Below the pieces are notes generated by a model. The model had not been told where the DNA came from. It made no database searches and was given only the letters and a program-made list of their open reading frames with translations. A DNA stretch of 64,000 nucleotides from a virus: positions 12,292-76,291 of IMG/VR virus record IMGVR_UViG_2875473743_000002; one strand, given 5' to 3'. Within the stretch, counting starts at the first letter, position 1; each line of letters begins with the position of its first letter. This document shows positions 1 to 8,342 of the stretch, one piece after another. The position numbers and the translations under genes are program-made.

Positions 1-20
1 TCGTCCATACCTCCTTAAAA

Positions 21-34
21 AGAATGTATGTTCG
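21..34 (-). promoter_or_regulatory. LexA (Cheo/SOS) box-like site upstream of the next leftward gene
   Basis: Minus strand reads CGAACATACATTCT vs consensus CGAACRNRYGTTCG; followed by SD AAGGAGG and ATG at 8-6. Confidence 0.55.
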
Positions 35-43
35 ATTTTTAGG

Positions 44-511
44 TTAAAAAGAATTGTCAATCCACTCTATTACACCAAGTGGTTCAAAACAAATGGTGTA
101 TCCACCGTAGTTAACAGTAGCACCGTATTTTTCTTTATAGCGCTTAATGGCGTCATCTAAAAATTCTTCTGTAATCTCAAGGTACTGAGCAAGCTCATAC
201 CTATTTTTTATAGCTTCTTTGTGGGCTTGAACAATTTTGGACAAAGGTACTAGCTTTTCGTAAGCCCACGTTCTCGCAATTTTTTCTTGTCTTCGCTTTT
301 CAATTGTATCTTGATCAACTATATCCCCACTCGATGTATAATAATGACCAAGTTCTTCGGCAAGTATACAAGTTTTTTCATAAGAGGTTTCCATGTTTTT
401 ATTAATCAAAATAACATTTTTTGAGTACAATCCCTTGAGTCTATGAGGCATTTGTTTTTCATAGGTGTCTATACCAAGGTGAGTAGCCTCCGAAAGTAAT
501 GTTTCGTACAT
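44..511 (-). CDS. immA: ImmA/IrrE-family metallopeptidase (antirepressor)
   Basis: CILAEELGHYY motif, then RQEKIARTWA; SD AGGAG before ATG 511; adjacent to XRE repressor. Confidence 0.85.
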   Translation of the reverse strand: MYETLLSEATHLGIDTYEKQMPHRLKGLYSKNVILINKNMETSYEKTCILAEELGHYYTSSGDIVDQDTIEKRRQEKIARTWAYEKLVPLSKIVQAHKEAIKNRYELAQYLEITEEFLDDAIKRYKEKYGATVNYGGYTICFEPLGVIEWIDNSF

Positions 512-516
512 CTCAA

Positions 517-846
517 CTACTCCTGTTGTTTTCTTTTTAAGCGGACAAACTCTTTGAAACGTTCGATCTCCCTTAACTCTTCTTCTGTCCAATCTTCACC
601 ATCGTGATGAGCGGCTATAGTATCTATGTCGTATTGGCCTTGTATTTTCGGATCATCGGTACGGCCAAGTAGGTAGTCAACAGATACATTGAAGTAGTCG
701 GCTACTTTTTTGAGTTTGTCACTCGAAGGGTTATTCTGCTTCCATGAATAAATAGAGTTTTTTCCGAATCCTACATTTTCTTCTAGTCTTGAGAGGCTTA
801 TGCCTCGATCTTTACAAAGTTTTTTAACTCTTTCAAACGTAATCAT
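517..846 (-). CDS. XRE-family phage repressor (ImmR-like)
   Basis: N-terminal HTH ending VADYFNVSVDYLLGRTD; C-terminal IAAHHDGEDWTEEE typical of ImmA-cleaved repressors. Confidence 0.88.
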   Translation of the reverse strand: MITFERVKKLCKDRGISLSRLEENVGFGKNSIYSWKQNNPSSDKLKKVADYFNVSVDYLLGRTDDPKIQGQYDIDTIAAHHDGEDWTEEELREIERFKEFVRLKRKQQE

Positions 847-879
847 ATCAACCATCCTTAATGGCTCATGAAAACAAAC

Positions 880-925
880 TAAAGAAATCTTTAAAAAACA
901 AGTTGACATTTAAAGAAATCTTTAA
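880..925. promoter_or_regulatory. Two identical palindromic operator-like sites TAAAGA-AA-TCTTTA (880-893, 911-924)
   Basis: Exact 14-bp repeats with dyad symmetry flanking a -35 hexamer. Confidence 0.75.
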
Positions 926-931
926 TAAACT
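903..931 (+). promoter_or_regulatory. SigA-type early rightward promoter
   Basis: TTGACA(903-908)-17 bp-TAAACT(926-931). Confidence 0.7.
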
Positions 932-1040
932 GTGTTCATAAGCTATTTATTCAGCTTCTTAGACACTACAAATTAAAGCCTTAAGCTACGTCTCCCAACG
1001 TTTCAGGCTGTTTTTGTAGGGTTTATTTAGATATGTCTAT

Positions 1041-1069
1041 ACTCTACAATATTCTTTAATTTATGTCAA
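1041..1069 (-). promoter_or_regulatory. SigA-type leftward promoter for the repressor operon
   Basis: Minus strand TTGACA(1069-1064)-17 bp-TAGAGT(1046-1041). Confidence 0.55.
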
Positions 1070-1185
1070 CAAAAAGCTAAATAATTAGCAAAAAAAATAA
1101 AGATAAGAAAAAATTCCGGAAACGATGTCCCAAAAGTAAATGCCAACTACGTGTTATATAGTGTAGGGCAAAGGAGGAAAAACAT

Positions 1186-1713
1186 TTGAAAGAAAAACAA
1201 TTGAATAGGATTAAAATTGCTTTGGAGAGCGGTGCCGTTCCATATGTCATAAGGGAGTCAGAAAGAATCGCTCATCTAATTCCAGATTTCACTTCTTTTG
1301 AGCAAGAATGCTATTGGCGAATCGGAAAAGCTTTGTTGGCATTCAGAGACAACGGGAGAGAGAAGAAAGCTCTCATTCAAAAAATAATCAGAAGTGTAAG
1401 AGCTGACTTTTTAACCGGGAAAAAGAGAAGAATCAGATACGACACCTCATTCGAAGGTGAGGATGGAACTGTATGGGAACCTGAAGACATTTCGGCGAAC
1501 GTCGTAGGCGAGGTTTTATTAAAAGAAAAGATCGCCCTGTTGGCGCAGGACGACCCACGAAAAAAAACGATATTGGCAATTTGGAACCGAGGATGCACAA
1601 ACGATTCGGAAATTTCATCGCTTTTGGCGAAGCGATTTGGAGGAAATCCCGAGTCTCACCGTAAGTTCATCCAACGGTTCAGGGCACACTGCCAATCCCA
1701 ATTAACAGCGTAA
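1186..1713 (+). CDS. Putative ECF-like sigma factor / transcription activator
   Basis: Region-2-like DFTSFEQECYWRIGKAL and region-4-like NDSEISSLL...RKFIQRFR; SD AAGGAGG. Confidence 0.45.
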   Translation: MKEKQLNRIKIALESGAVPYVIRESERIAHLIPDFTSFEQECYWRIGKALLAFRDNGREKKALIQKIIRSVRADFLTGKKRRIRYDTSFEGEDGTVWEPEDISANVVGEVLLKEKIALLAQDDPRKKTILAIWNRGCTNDSEISSLLAKRFGGNPESHRKFIQRFRAHCQSQLTA

Positions 1714-1854
1714 TTTTCTATACGTAACTAGCCCGGAAGGCATTCGTTACATCCTCATCATATACAATCTGTTGTCAAAAGACAAGCGAACAGTATGCGA
1801 ACACACCTTTCGGTCTAGTGCGTTTTACCTAAACAATATGGAGGCGAACGTACT

Positions 1855-2007
1855 ATGAATATCCCCAAATTTATCGATTTTAATACGTATCCAGCGCTAG
1901 ATCAGCGCAAACTTACCGAAATTTTATATCAAGGCGCATGGCCGGTCGACGAAGATCCGGCGGACTACTACCGTCCACTTTCGATCCAGGTGGTGCGCGT
2001 CGGATGA
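1855..2007 (+). CDS. Small hypothetical protein (50 aa)
   Basis: SD GGAGG, ATG 1855; stop overlaps next start (ATGA). Confidence 0.6.
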   Translation: MNIPKFIDFNTYPALDQRKLTEILYQGAWPVDEDPADYYRPLSIQVVRVG

Positions 2008-2528
2008 AAGTAACGCTATCCCACCACGCAAAGAAACGAATTACCAAGCGCTTTAAGATCGGCAACCAAACGCCGGAAGCATGGGCGTCGCAGATGTTAT
2101 CTAATGCGATTTACTGCGGCATCGGTCCGGACAACAACGGAAAAGATGCTCGGATGTATTCCCATCGTGGAGCAACGTTCATGCTTGCGGTAGATGCAGA
2201 CGTTGTTAAGACCGTGATCCCACCGAATAAAAGCTACATCAATCGAATTCGGCGTAAAGTGACGAATTTCATTGCGGAAGAAATTACGAAAATGTCGCAA
2301 CAAATTACGGAAGAGGTGGCTAGGATCGATAAGTTTCGCGATGAACTCGAAGAAGAGATCGCACATTTAGAAGACCGTTTGTCGCGCGCCCGGTCATTAT
2401 CGACTAAATTGGCGTTGCAGGCCCGAATTAATGCGGTTCGTATGCGTATTGACGAATTGCCGGCGGAATCGCACGAATTAAGACGCGAACTGACGCGTAC
2501 AGCGAGAGGAGTCGCCGCCTATGTCTAA
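2004..2528 (+). CDS. Hypothetical protein with C-terminal coiled coil
   Basis: Open frame; ATGA coupling at 2004. Confidence 0.7.
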   Translation: MKVTLSHHAKKRITKRFKIGNQTPEAWASQMLSNAIYCGIGPDNNGKDARMYSHRGATFMLAVDADVVKTVIPPNKSYINRIRRKVTNFIAEEITKMSQQITEEVARIDKFRDELEEEIAHLEDRLSRARSLSTKLALQARINAVRMRIDELPAESHELRRELTRTARGVAAYV

Positions 2529-2616
2529 CGCATGGCTATTCGAAATATTTGCGGTGATTGCGTTGCTTTGTATTTGTCGACTTATTTACGAAGTTAATCG
2601 CGAAGAAGGAGAATAA
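2521..2616 (+). CDS. Small membrane peptide (31 aa, MSNAWLFEIFAVIALLCICRLIYEVNREEGE)
   Basis: SD GAGGAG; one hydrophobic helix with charged tail. Confidence 0.55.
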   Translation: MSNAWLFEIFAVIALLCICRLIYEVNREEGE

Positions 2617-2776
2617 GGGCGGCGGACATTGCGGCCCGGCGCTCGGAGAATGTCGGGGCGGCCGTTAAGTAACAGAGTCGCGTCGCTACTGCTTAGCGCT
2701 GGCGGCGTTTCGGACGCAGATACCGGCATTTTGCGAGGGCGAAAAGCCTCAAAATTAAAACGTAGGGGGAAATCGA

Positions 2777-3532
2777 ATGAGCATTAGAGACATTTTGAAA
2801 GAGCGCGAAGAAGAACGTGATAAGGCGGCTAACGGCGAAAGCGAATTCCCGGAGGGCGTTACGCGTTATGTCCGCGTCGGAAGTCGCGGGGAGATCAACA
2901 AAGAAGGACGTACGTTGGTTATGCTTGCGCCGTACGATGAGTGGTACGTCTATTTCGTACATGAAAACAGAGAATACACCGGAAAGGGCTACGATCATAA
3001 ATTCCGAAAGCATACGTGCTTGCACTCCCCTCGTAGTACCGTCAGCGTTGACGAGTTAAAAAAATACTTCCAGCCAGGAAAAAATGAGTGCATTTCGTGC
3101 AAAGCGGGAGCAAAACGAAAAATGTTCTTTATGATACCGGTGTACGATCCGACATACAAAACTTATCGCGTTATAGACATTGCGGAATTCCACGCAAACA
3201 GTTTAATGGATGATTTTGATAAAGCGGAGAAGCCGGTCAAGAAAATCAAGTCGGATTATACACTCGTAGGTCAAGCGGTGCATTTTAAGCAGTCCGACAA
3301 GACCTATTCGTTAGAAACTGGAGATCTACCTGGCGATGTTCTTGAAGAAGCAAAAGCGTTTATCGGCATCGACTACAAATACGAAGAACTCGCTAACTTC
3401 CGCGATGAAGAAGACATCGTTAAGATTCTTCACGAAGCGAAAGAGGGCGTCAAGAAAGCCGTTCTGCCACCATTAGCGGAATCTAATAACGAAAAATCTA
3501 ACGAAATCAGTGACGATGATCTGCCGTTTTAA
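2777..3532 (+). CDS. Single-stranded DNA-binding protein, T4 gp32-like
   Basis: H...C...CxxC putative Zn ligands (HEN, HTCLH, CISCK); acidic tail EISDDDLPF. Confidence 0.7.
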   Translation: MSIRDILKEREEERDKAANGESEFPEGVTRYVRVGSRGEINKEGRTLVMLAPYDEWYVYFVHENREYTGKGYDHKFRKHTCLHSPRSTVSVDELKKYFQPGKNECISCKAGAKRKMFFMIPVYDPTYKTYRVIDIAEFHANSLMDDFDKAEKPVKKIKSDYTLVGQAVHFKQSDKTYSLETGDLPGDVLEEAKAFIGIDYKYEELANFRDEEDIVKILHEAKEGVKKAVLPPLAESNNEKSNEISDDDLPF

Positions 3533-3555
3533 TAAAACGAAGGGGGGACGATTGA

Positions 3556-3990
3556 ATGGCGCATCTAACCGAAGTTGTCGGAAAATACTCGGAGGTTGTC
3601 GCAGAGTTGGCGCTGTTAGCGAATGGGTACGCAGTATCGCGCCCCCAACTCGCGCAGCCTTACGATTTCAAGGCGGAAGACCCGCTGAATGGTCGCGAAT
3701 ATAAAGTCCAGGTCAAGACGTTTCGACGTAGGCCTGACCGCAAAAATGAACTCGTTCTATACGCAACGAACGGAAAAGGCGAGCCCTACGATCGGTCCGA
3801 CGTTGATTATTTTATCGGCGTATTGGGTGATCCGGGGGAAATGCCTCGCGTTTGGATGTTTGAAAACGAAGGAAATCAGCGCGAATATTGGGCGAAATCG
3901 ACTAATCGTGCGAGCAAGCGGTGGGTAGAACTGCCGCTGTCCCTTAACCGGGAACTTTACGAAGTTAAAAACGAAGCGGAGGCGGTATGA
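3556..3990 (+). CDS. PD-(D/E)XK endonuclease (free-standing)
   Basis: SEVVAELAL...PYDF...VQVKT motif pattern. Confidence 0.7.
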   Translation: MAHLTEVVGKYSEVVAELALLANGYAVSRPQLAQPYDFKAEDPLNGREYKVQVKTFRRRPDRKNELVLYATNGKGEPYDRSDVDYFIGVLGDPGEMPRVWMFENEGNQREYWAKSTNRASKRWVELPLSLNRELYEVKNEAEAV

Positions 3991-4027
3991 TGGCGAAACA
4001 TTTATTAGGTTACATTGTAGGCAAGGG

Positions 4028-4291
4028 GTGGATTTAGTGAAATCGTATCTAATAAAAGTGAACGGTTCTTATTATGCAGGAGAACATGAAGATACAACGC
4101 CTACCCCTCGACCAAGTGATGGTTGGTGCACCAGCAGAGGAGAATCAAATGTCATATTCTTCATGACGGATAGAGGAGAAGCAAAAATTTGTGAGGGTTT
4201 GACTAACTTAAATAGCCATTGGCAACGAATATATAACGCTATGAGATATGACGGATTAGACGTTAAATCAATTGTAATTGAGGAGGTTTAG
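4028..4291 (+). CDS. Hypothetical protein
   Basis: ORF in an AT-richer segment. Confidence 0.6.
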   Translation: MDLVKSYLIKVNGSYYAGEHEDTTPTPRPSDGWCTSRGESNVIFFMTDRGEAKICEGLTNLNSHWQRIYNAMRYDGLDVKSIVIEEV

Positions 4292-4430
4292 TAAAAGGTG
4301 ATTACACATATCACTATCACTTAGATTATTGGAATTATTTCAACGTTTCGGAATTTCCGAATAGTCCAGAGTGGGATGGTCATAAGCCAGAAGATATAAC
4401 TCGTTTATTAACTTTGGTAGGTGAAAAATG

Positions 4431-4586
4431 ATGACGAAGAAGAAAAAATTAATGCTTCCGATGTATTGTAATAAATGCGGTAAAGAACCTCAAAAAGAAA
4501 AGAAAGACGGTTGGAATGTAATGAAATTAGATTGTCCATGTGGAGGAAGAGTAGTAATGGATTACACAAAACCGTACTACGAGTAG
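4431..4586 (+). CDS. Small zinc-finger protein (CNKC...CPC)
   Basis: Manual translation, 51 aa, SD-like TAGGTG. Confidence 0.55.
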   Translation: MTKKKKLMLPMYCNKCGKEPQKEKKDGWNVMKLDCPCGGRVVMDYTKPYYE

Positions 4587-4627
4587 TATTACATTCCAGA
4601 AATAAACACCATAAGCCACACTGATAG

Positions 4628-4780
4628 TTCACCAATGCTTATACAGAGAGTGTTAATAACATTATTAAAGCAGTTGAAAAGGAAGGAAAGGGGTACTCAT
4701 TTGACGTGTTAAGAGCAAAGGTTTTATACGGTACAGAAGCAACAATTAAGAAGCCTAAGTACACAGAAGTAGAGGATGCG
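4628..4780 (+). pseudogene. ISL3-family transposase C-terminal remnant fused in frame to a phage ORF
   Basis: Translates FTNAYTESVNNIIKAVEKEGKGYSFDVLRAKVLYG, the ISL3 C-terminal signature; stop at 4625-4627 upstream. Confidence 0.6.
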
Positions 4781-5593
4781 CACGGTAATGCGCTTATTGC
4801 GGGTTCTGTGTTCCGCAAAGTCTCCGCATCCCAGCCGTCAATAGAAGATCGCGTCAGCACAAACGAAAAGGATATAGAGGCATTAAAATCCGACGTTGAT
4901 GCACTAAAAGGCGAACCTGAGGCTGGGTACGTACGGATTGCCAAGAGCGAGGCGAAAGCGGGCGATTTCGTTAAGTTTGACGAAGCTCCGAGCAGATATC
5001 TAACCGCAGGGAAGTATTACGAGATTGAGTTCGTAGATGATTATGGGGATCCGATCATCATAGATGACGACGGATACGATCTTGATACCCATGGAGAAGT
5101 ATTCGAAGTCTACCGTAAAGTTAGCGCCGCCGAGCCGAAGCCTGAACGCCTGAAAGTCGGTGATTATGCGAAGGTGGTCGGTACTGCACGGAACGGCTGC
5201 TGTGACCGAGGGGATATCGTCAAAATTACAGAAGACGATGATTCGGCGGTTCCGTTCAAGCTTGCTTTTGTCAACGGGGAGTATGCCGGATGGGAAGACG
5301 AAAAGTCCCTCGTTCGCGCCACCGACGAAGAGGTTGCCGAAGCTAAACGAAAGCAGGCCGAAGTGAAAGAGTGTAAGAGATGGGCCGCAATCGGACGCGA
5401 GGTTGGCGAGTATAAGGTCGGTGATATTGTTCAGTATTTATATGATGGGGAAATTTGCGAGGTTGTGGCTGTCGGCGAGGACGGTCGCGTAAAAGTCGCT
5501 ACTCAGAACCACGGAAATTGCACAGAAAATCAGTCAAGCATCGAACTAATAGCGCCAGTCGAAGCGCGTTTCGATCGAAAGGGCGACGAGTAA
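4706..5593 (+). CDS. Hypothetical phage protein with repeated KVGD-type modules (probably chimeric 5' end)
   Basis: ORF track; repeats AKAGDFVKF / LKVGDYAKV / YKVGDIVQY. Confidence 0.6.
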   Translation: MLRAKVLYGTEATIKKPKYTEVEDAHGNALIAGSVFRKVSASQPSIEDRVSTNEKDIEALKSDVDALKGEPEAGYVRIAKSEAKAGDFVKFDEAPSRYLTAGKYYEIEFVDDYGDPIIIDDDGYDLDTHGEVFEVYRKVSAAEPKPERLKVGDYAKVVGTARNGCCDRGDIVKITEDDDSAVPFKLAFVNGEYAGWEDEKSLVRATDEEVAEAKRKQAEVKECKRWAAIGREVGEYKVGDIVQYLYDGEICEVVAVGEDGRVKVATQNHGNCTENQSSIELIAPVEARFDRKGDE

Positions 5594-5761
5594 GTGGCCG
5601 CCATCTGCGCCGAATGTAACCGGGTAATAAACGAAGGGCAGTCCGTAACCTACGATTCGCTCTTCGACCGGTACTTTTGTGACAACGCTTGCTGGTCGGA
5701 TTGGTATGCGGATAACGAGGCGGAATACAAGCGGAAGTACGTAAGCCGCGAAGATTTATAA
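5594..5761 (+). CDS. Small Cys-rich protein (CAEC...CDNAC)
   Basis: GTG directly after the upstream stop; 55 aa. Confidence 0.6.
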   Translation: MAAICAECNRVINEGQSVTYDSLFDRYFCDNACWSDWYADNEAEYKRKYVSREDL

Positions 5762-5780
5762 CGTCGTAAGCGGAAGGAGG

Positions 5781-8045
5781 ATGCGAATGGAACTCGGTAA
5801 TCTACGGTTGAATCTTAGCGCTTTGACGCCTAAAAATGACGAAGTTAAGAACGAAAAAGTTGCCGAAACAGCCAAGCGGAAGAAGAAGGCGAAAACGGCC
5901 GAACCGATCGATGAGAGCTGGCGTCGCATATTCGCAAGCAAGCTATCGGAAACAGACCGTCAACGATTAAACGAAGTCAAGGCGGCAATGGACGCGGGCA
6001 AACTCGCCAGGAACCCGTCTGACTGCGTGAACAAGGCCGGAAACCCGAAGGCGTTCAGCAAGGCGGAGGCCCTGCGATTATGGAAGACGCTGCAAGAATC
6101 CCAGCGCGAAGAAACTTTGCGGAAGATGGTCGAGAATACACCGGCAAACTACTGGCTGATTACGGACGATGCCCGGCTCGACGAATTCCTCGCGTTGCTT
6201 GCTGACGAAGAAGAGATCGTATTCGACGTTGAGACGACGGGCACAGACGTATGGAACGACTACATTGTCGGCCATGTGCTGACGGCTATTAAAGCGGACA
6301 TCCACGCGTATATCCCAACGAAACATAAGACGAGTCATCCGCAATTGGATAACGGCTATGTAGTCGAAAAACTGCGGCCATTTTATGAAGATGAGTCGAT
6401 CGGAAAGCTCGCTCATAACGCAAAGTTCGATATTCACATGCTGGATCGCGAAGGAATTACATTGCGCGGCCTTACGTGGGACACACAGGAAGCGATGAGG
6501 CTGCTTAACGAAAACGAGCCGTCCTTTGCGCTGAAGAACCTCGTCACGAAATATCTACGGATTAAATCGGACACATACGAAGACTTATTCGGAAAGATCG
6601 GATTCGATGAAGTGAGTGATCTAAGAATTGCGCTTGCTTATGCGGCAAAAGACGGTGATGTGACGAGGAAGCTCCGCGATTTCCAACGCGAACACCTGAA
6701 GAAGTTTCCGGATATCCTTCGCTACTATGAGACGGTAGAAGTTCCATTAATCACCGTCGTACAGAAGCTCGAGTCAACCGGGTTCGACATCGACCTAGAT
6801 TTCGCGGAGGAATACGGTAAAGAGATCAAAGCGGAAATCGATCGTTTGTATGCGGAGATTATCGACGAGTTGGGCGACATCAACATTAACTCCCCGGCGC
6901 AGTTAAAGCCTGCGCTAGAAAAAGCGACCGGAGAGAAGCTCGCATCAACCGACGCAAAGAAAGTCCTGAAGCCACTCGCGAGCAAACATCCGATCATTAA
7001 GAAGTTGCTTGAGTATAAAGAGAAATTCAAACTGTATTCAACGTACATCAACGCTTTGCCGGAATTAATCGACAAGAGGACCGGCAAACTCTATACGAAT
7101 TTCAATCAGAACGGCGCAAAGACTGGCCGATTCTCATCCGGTGGAACAGGCGTCAACCTACAGAATCAACCGAAGGAAGCCCGGAAAATGTTCGTAGCTC
7201 CTAAAGGATACGCGATATTAGGCGGAGACTGGAGCCAGCAAGAATACCGATGTCTGGCGTACTTCTCGCAAGATCCGAAGCTAGTCGATAACTACTTACA
7301 GGGCAACGATCTATATGCGTCAATCGCTGCGGAGGTTTTCAATAAGCCGATCGAAGAGTGCGGCGACGGATCAGTATACCGGAAACAGGCGAAGGTCATC
7401 ATGCTTGCGGTTGCTTACGGAGGCGGCGCGAACATGCTCAAGGACGCTATCGGAATATCGAAGAAAGAGGCGCAGAAGTTCCTCGACAACTTCTTCGAAA
7501 GGTTTCCGGTCGTCAAAAAGTGGGTCGAAACGAATCAAGCTTTCGTTAAGAAGCACGGATATGTTTGGATGGATCGCGGCCAACGTAAGAGACGCTTGCC
7601 TGACGCGAAGGACCGAAACGCGAAAGGCCATTACTCGGCTGTTTATACGCAGTCAACTAACGCAAGAGTCCAGGGGTCCGCAGCGATTCAGACAAAAGCG
7701 ACGATGATTGCGTTGCAAGAGTTGTGCGATAGGAAGACGGCTGAAGGTCGTGGAGAATGGCGGATATGGTGTGTGGTGCATGACGAAGCGCTGCTTTTAG
7801 TTCCGGACACCATCACGCGAGAAGACGTTAAAGACTTCGAGGATGTCATGCTGAATACGTACGTTTTCGGCAACATTCCGAACAAGACTGATATCGAGAT
7901 CTGCCGCAGATGGGGAAACGGAATGAAAATCAACGAGTTCTTCACCGGCAGAGTCAATAGCGATGATTATCCTAAAACGGACGATTATGAAAAACAAAAA
8001 CGGATTGTTAGCGAAGGCTGGCAAGGAAAAACGGAGGCGGTTTAA
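5781..8045 (+). CDS. polA: Family A DNA polymerase with 3'-5' exonuclease
   Basis: FDVETTG, HNAKFD, YAAKD exonuclease motifs; DWSQQEYR, RKQAKVIMLAVAYG, VHDE polymerase motifs. Confidence 0.95.
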   Translation: MRMELGNLRLNLSALTPKNDEVKNEKVAETAKRKKKAKTAEPIDESWRRIFASKLSETDRQRLNEVKAAMDAGKLARNPSDCVNKAGNPKAFSKAEALRLWKTLQESQREETLRKMVENTPANYWLITDDARLDEFLALLADEEEIVFDVETTGTDVWNDYIVGHVLTAIKADIHAYIPTKHKTSHPQLDNGYVVEKLRPFYEDESIGKLAHNAKFDIHMLDREGITLRGLTWDTQEAMRLLNENEPSFALKNLVTKYLRIKSDTYEDLFGKIGFDEVSDLRIALAYAAKDGDVTRKLRDFQREHLKKFPDILRYYETVEVPLITVVQKLESTGFDIDLDFAEEYGKEIKAEIDRLYAEIIDELGDININSPAQLKPALEKATGEKLASTDAKKVLKPLASKHPIIKKLLEYKEKFKLYSTYINALPELIDKRTGKLYTNFNQNGAKTGRFSSGGTGVNLQNQPKEARKMFVAPKGYAILGGDWSQQEYRCLAYFSQDPKLVDNYLQGNDLYASIAAEVFNKPIEECGDGSVYRKQAKVIMLAVAYGGGANMLKDAIGISKKEAQKFLDNFFERFPVVKKWVETNQAFVKKHGYVWMDRGQRKRRLPDAKDRNAKGHYSAVYTQSTNARVQGSAAIQTKATMIALQELCDRKTAEGRGEWRIWCVVHDEALLLVPDTITREDVKDFEDVMLNTYVFGNIPNKTDIEICRRWGNGMKINEFFTGRVNSDDYPKTDDYEKQKRIVSEGWQGKTEAV

Positions 8046-8342
8046 TTGGTTAAAATGACGATTGAACAACTGGAAGATATGACGTTTGAAGGCGGAATTG
8101 ATATTGGCGATGTGACCTATACAGTCGTAGAAGAAAGCGAGTGGGAGCACGAACACAAACACCAAAGCAAAACCGTTATTTTCACCGATGGAAAGAAGCA
8201 TTATAGAGGCGAAATCGGCAGGTCGGGATCGGAATGGACTGACTGGACGTATGACAGCGAACTCCTCGGAGCCGACGATCCGGCCGAAATTACCGAAGTA
8301 GAAAAACGAGAAGTCGTAGTAACGAAGTGGGTGGCAGTTTGA
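8046..8342 (+). CDS. Hypothetical acidic protein
   Basis: ORF with SD GGAGG. Confidence 0.65.
   Translation: MVKMTIEQLEDMTFEGGIDIGDVTYTVVEESEWEHEHKHQSKTVIFTDGKKHYRGEIGRSGSEWTDWTYDSELLGADDPAEITEVEKREVVVTKWVAV

Noticed and set aside
1787-1812. CGAAC half-sites as LexA boxes
   Set aside because: Right half-sites and spacing do not fit the consensus
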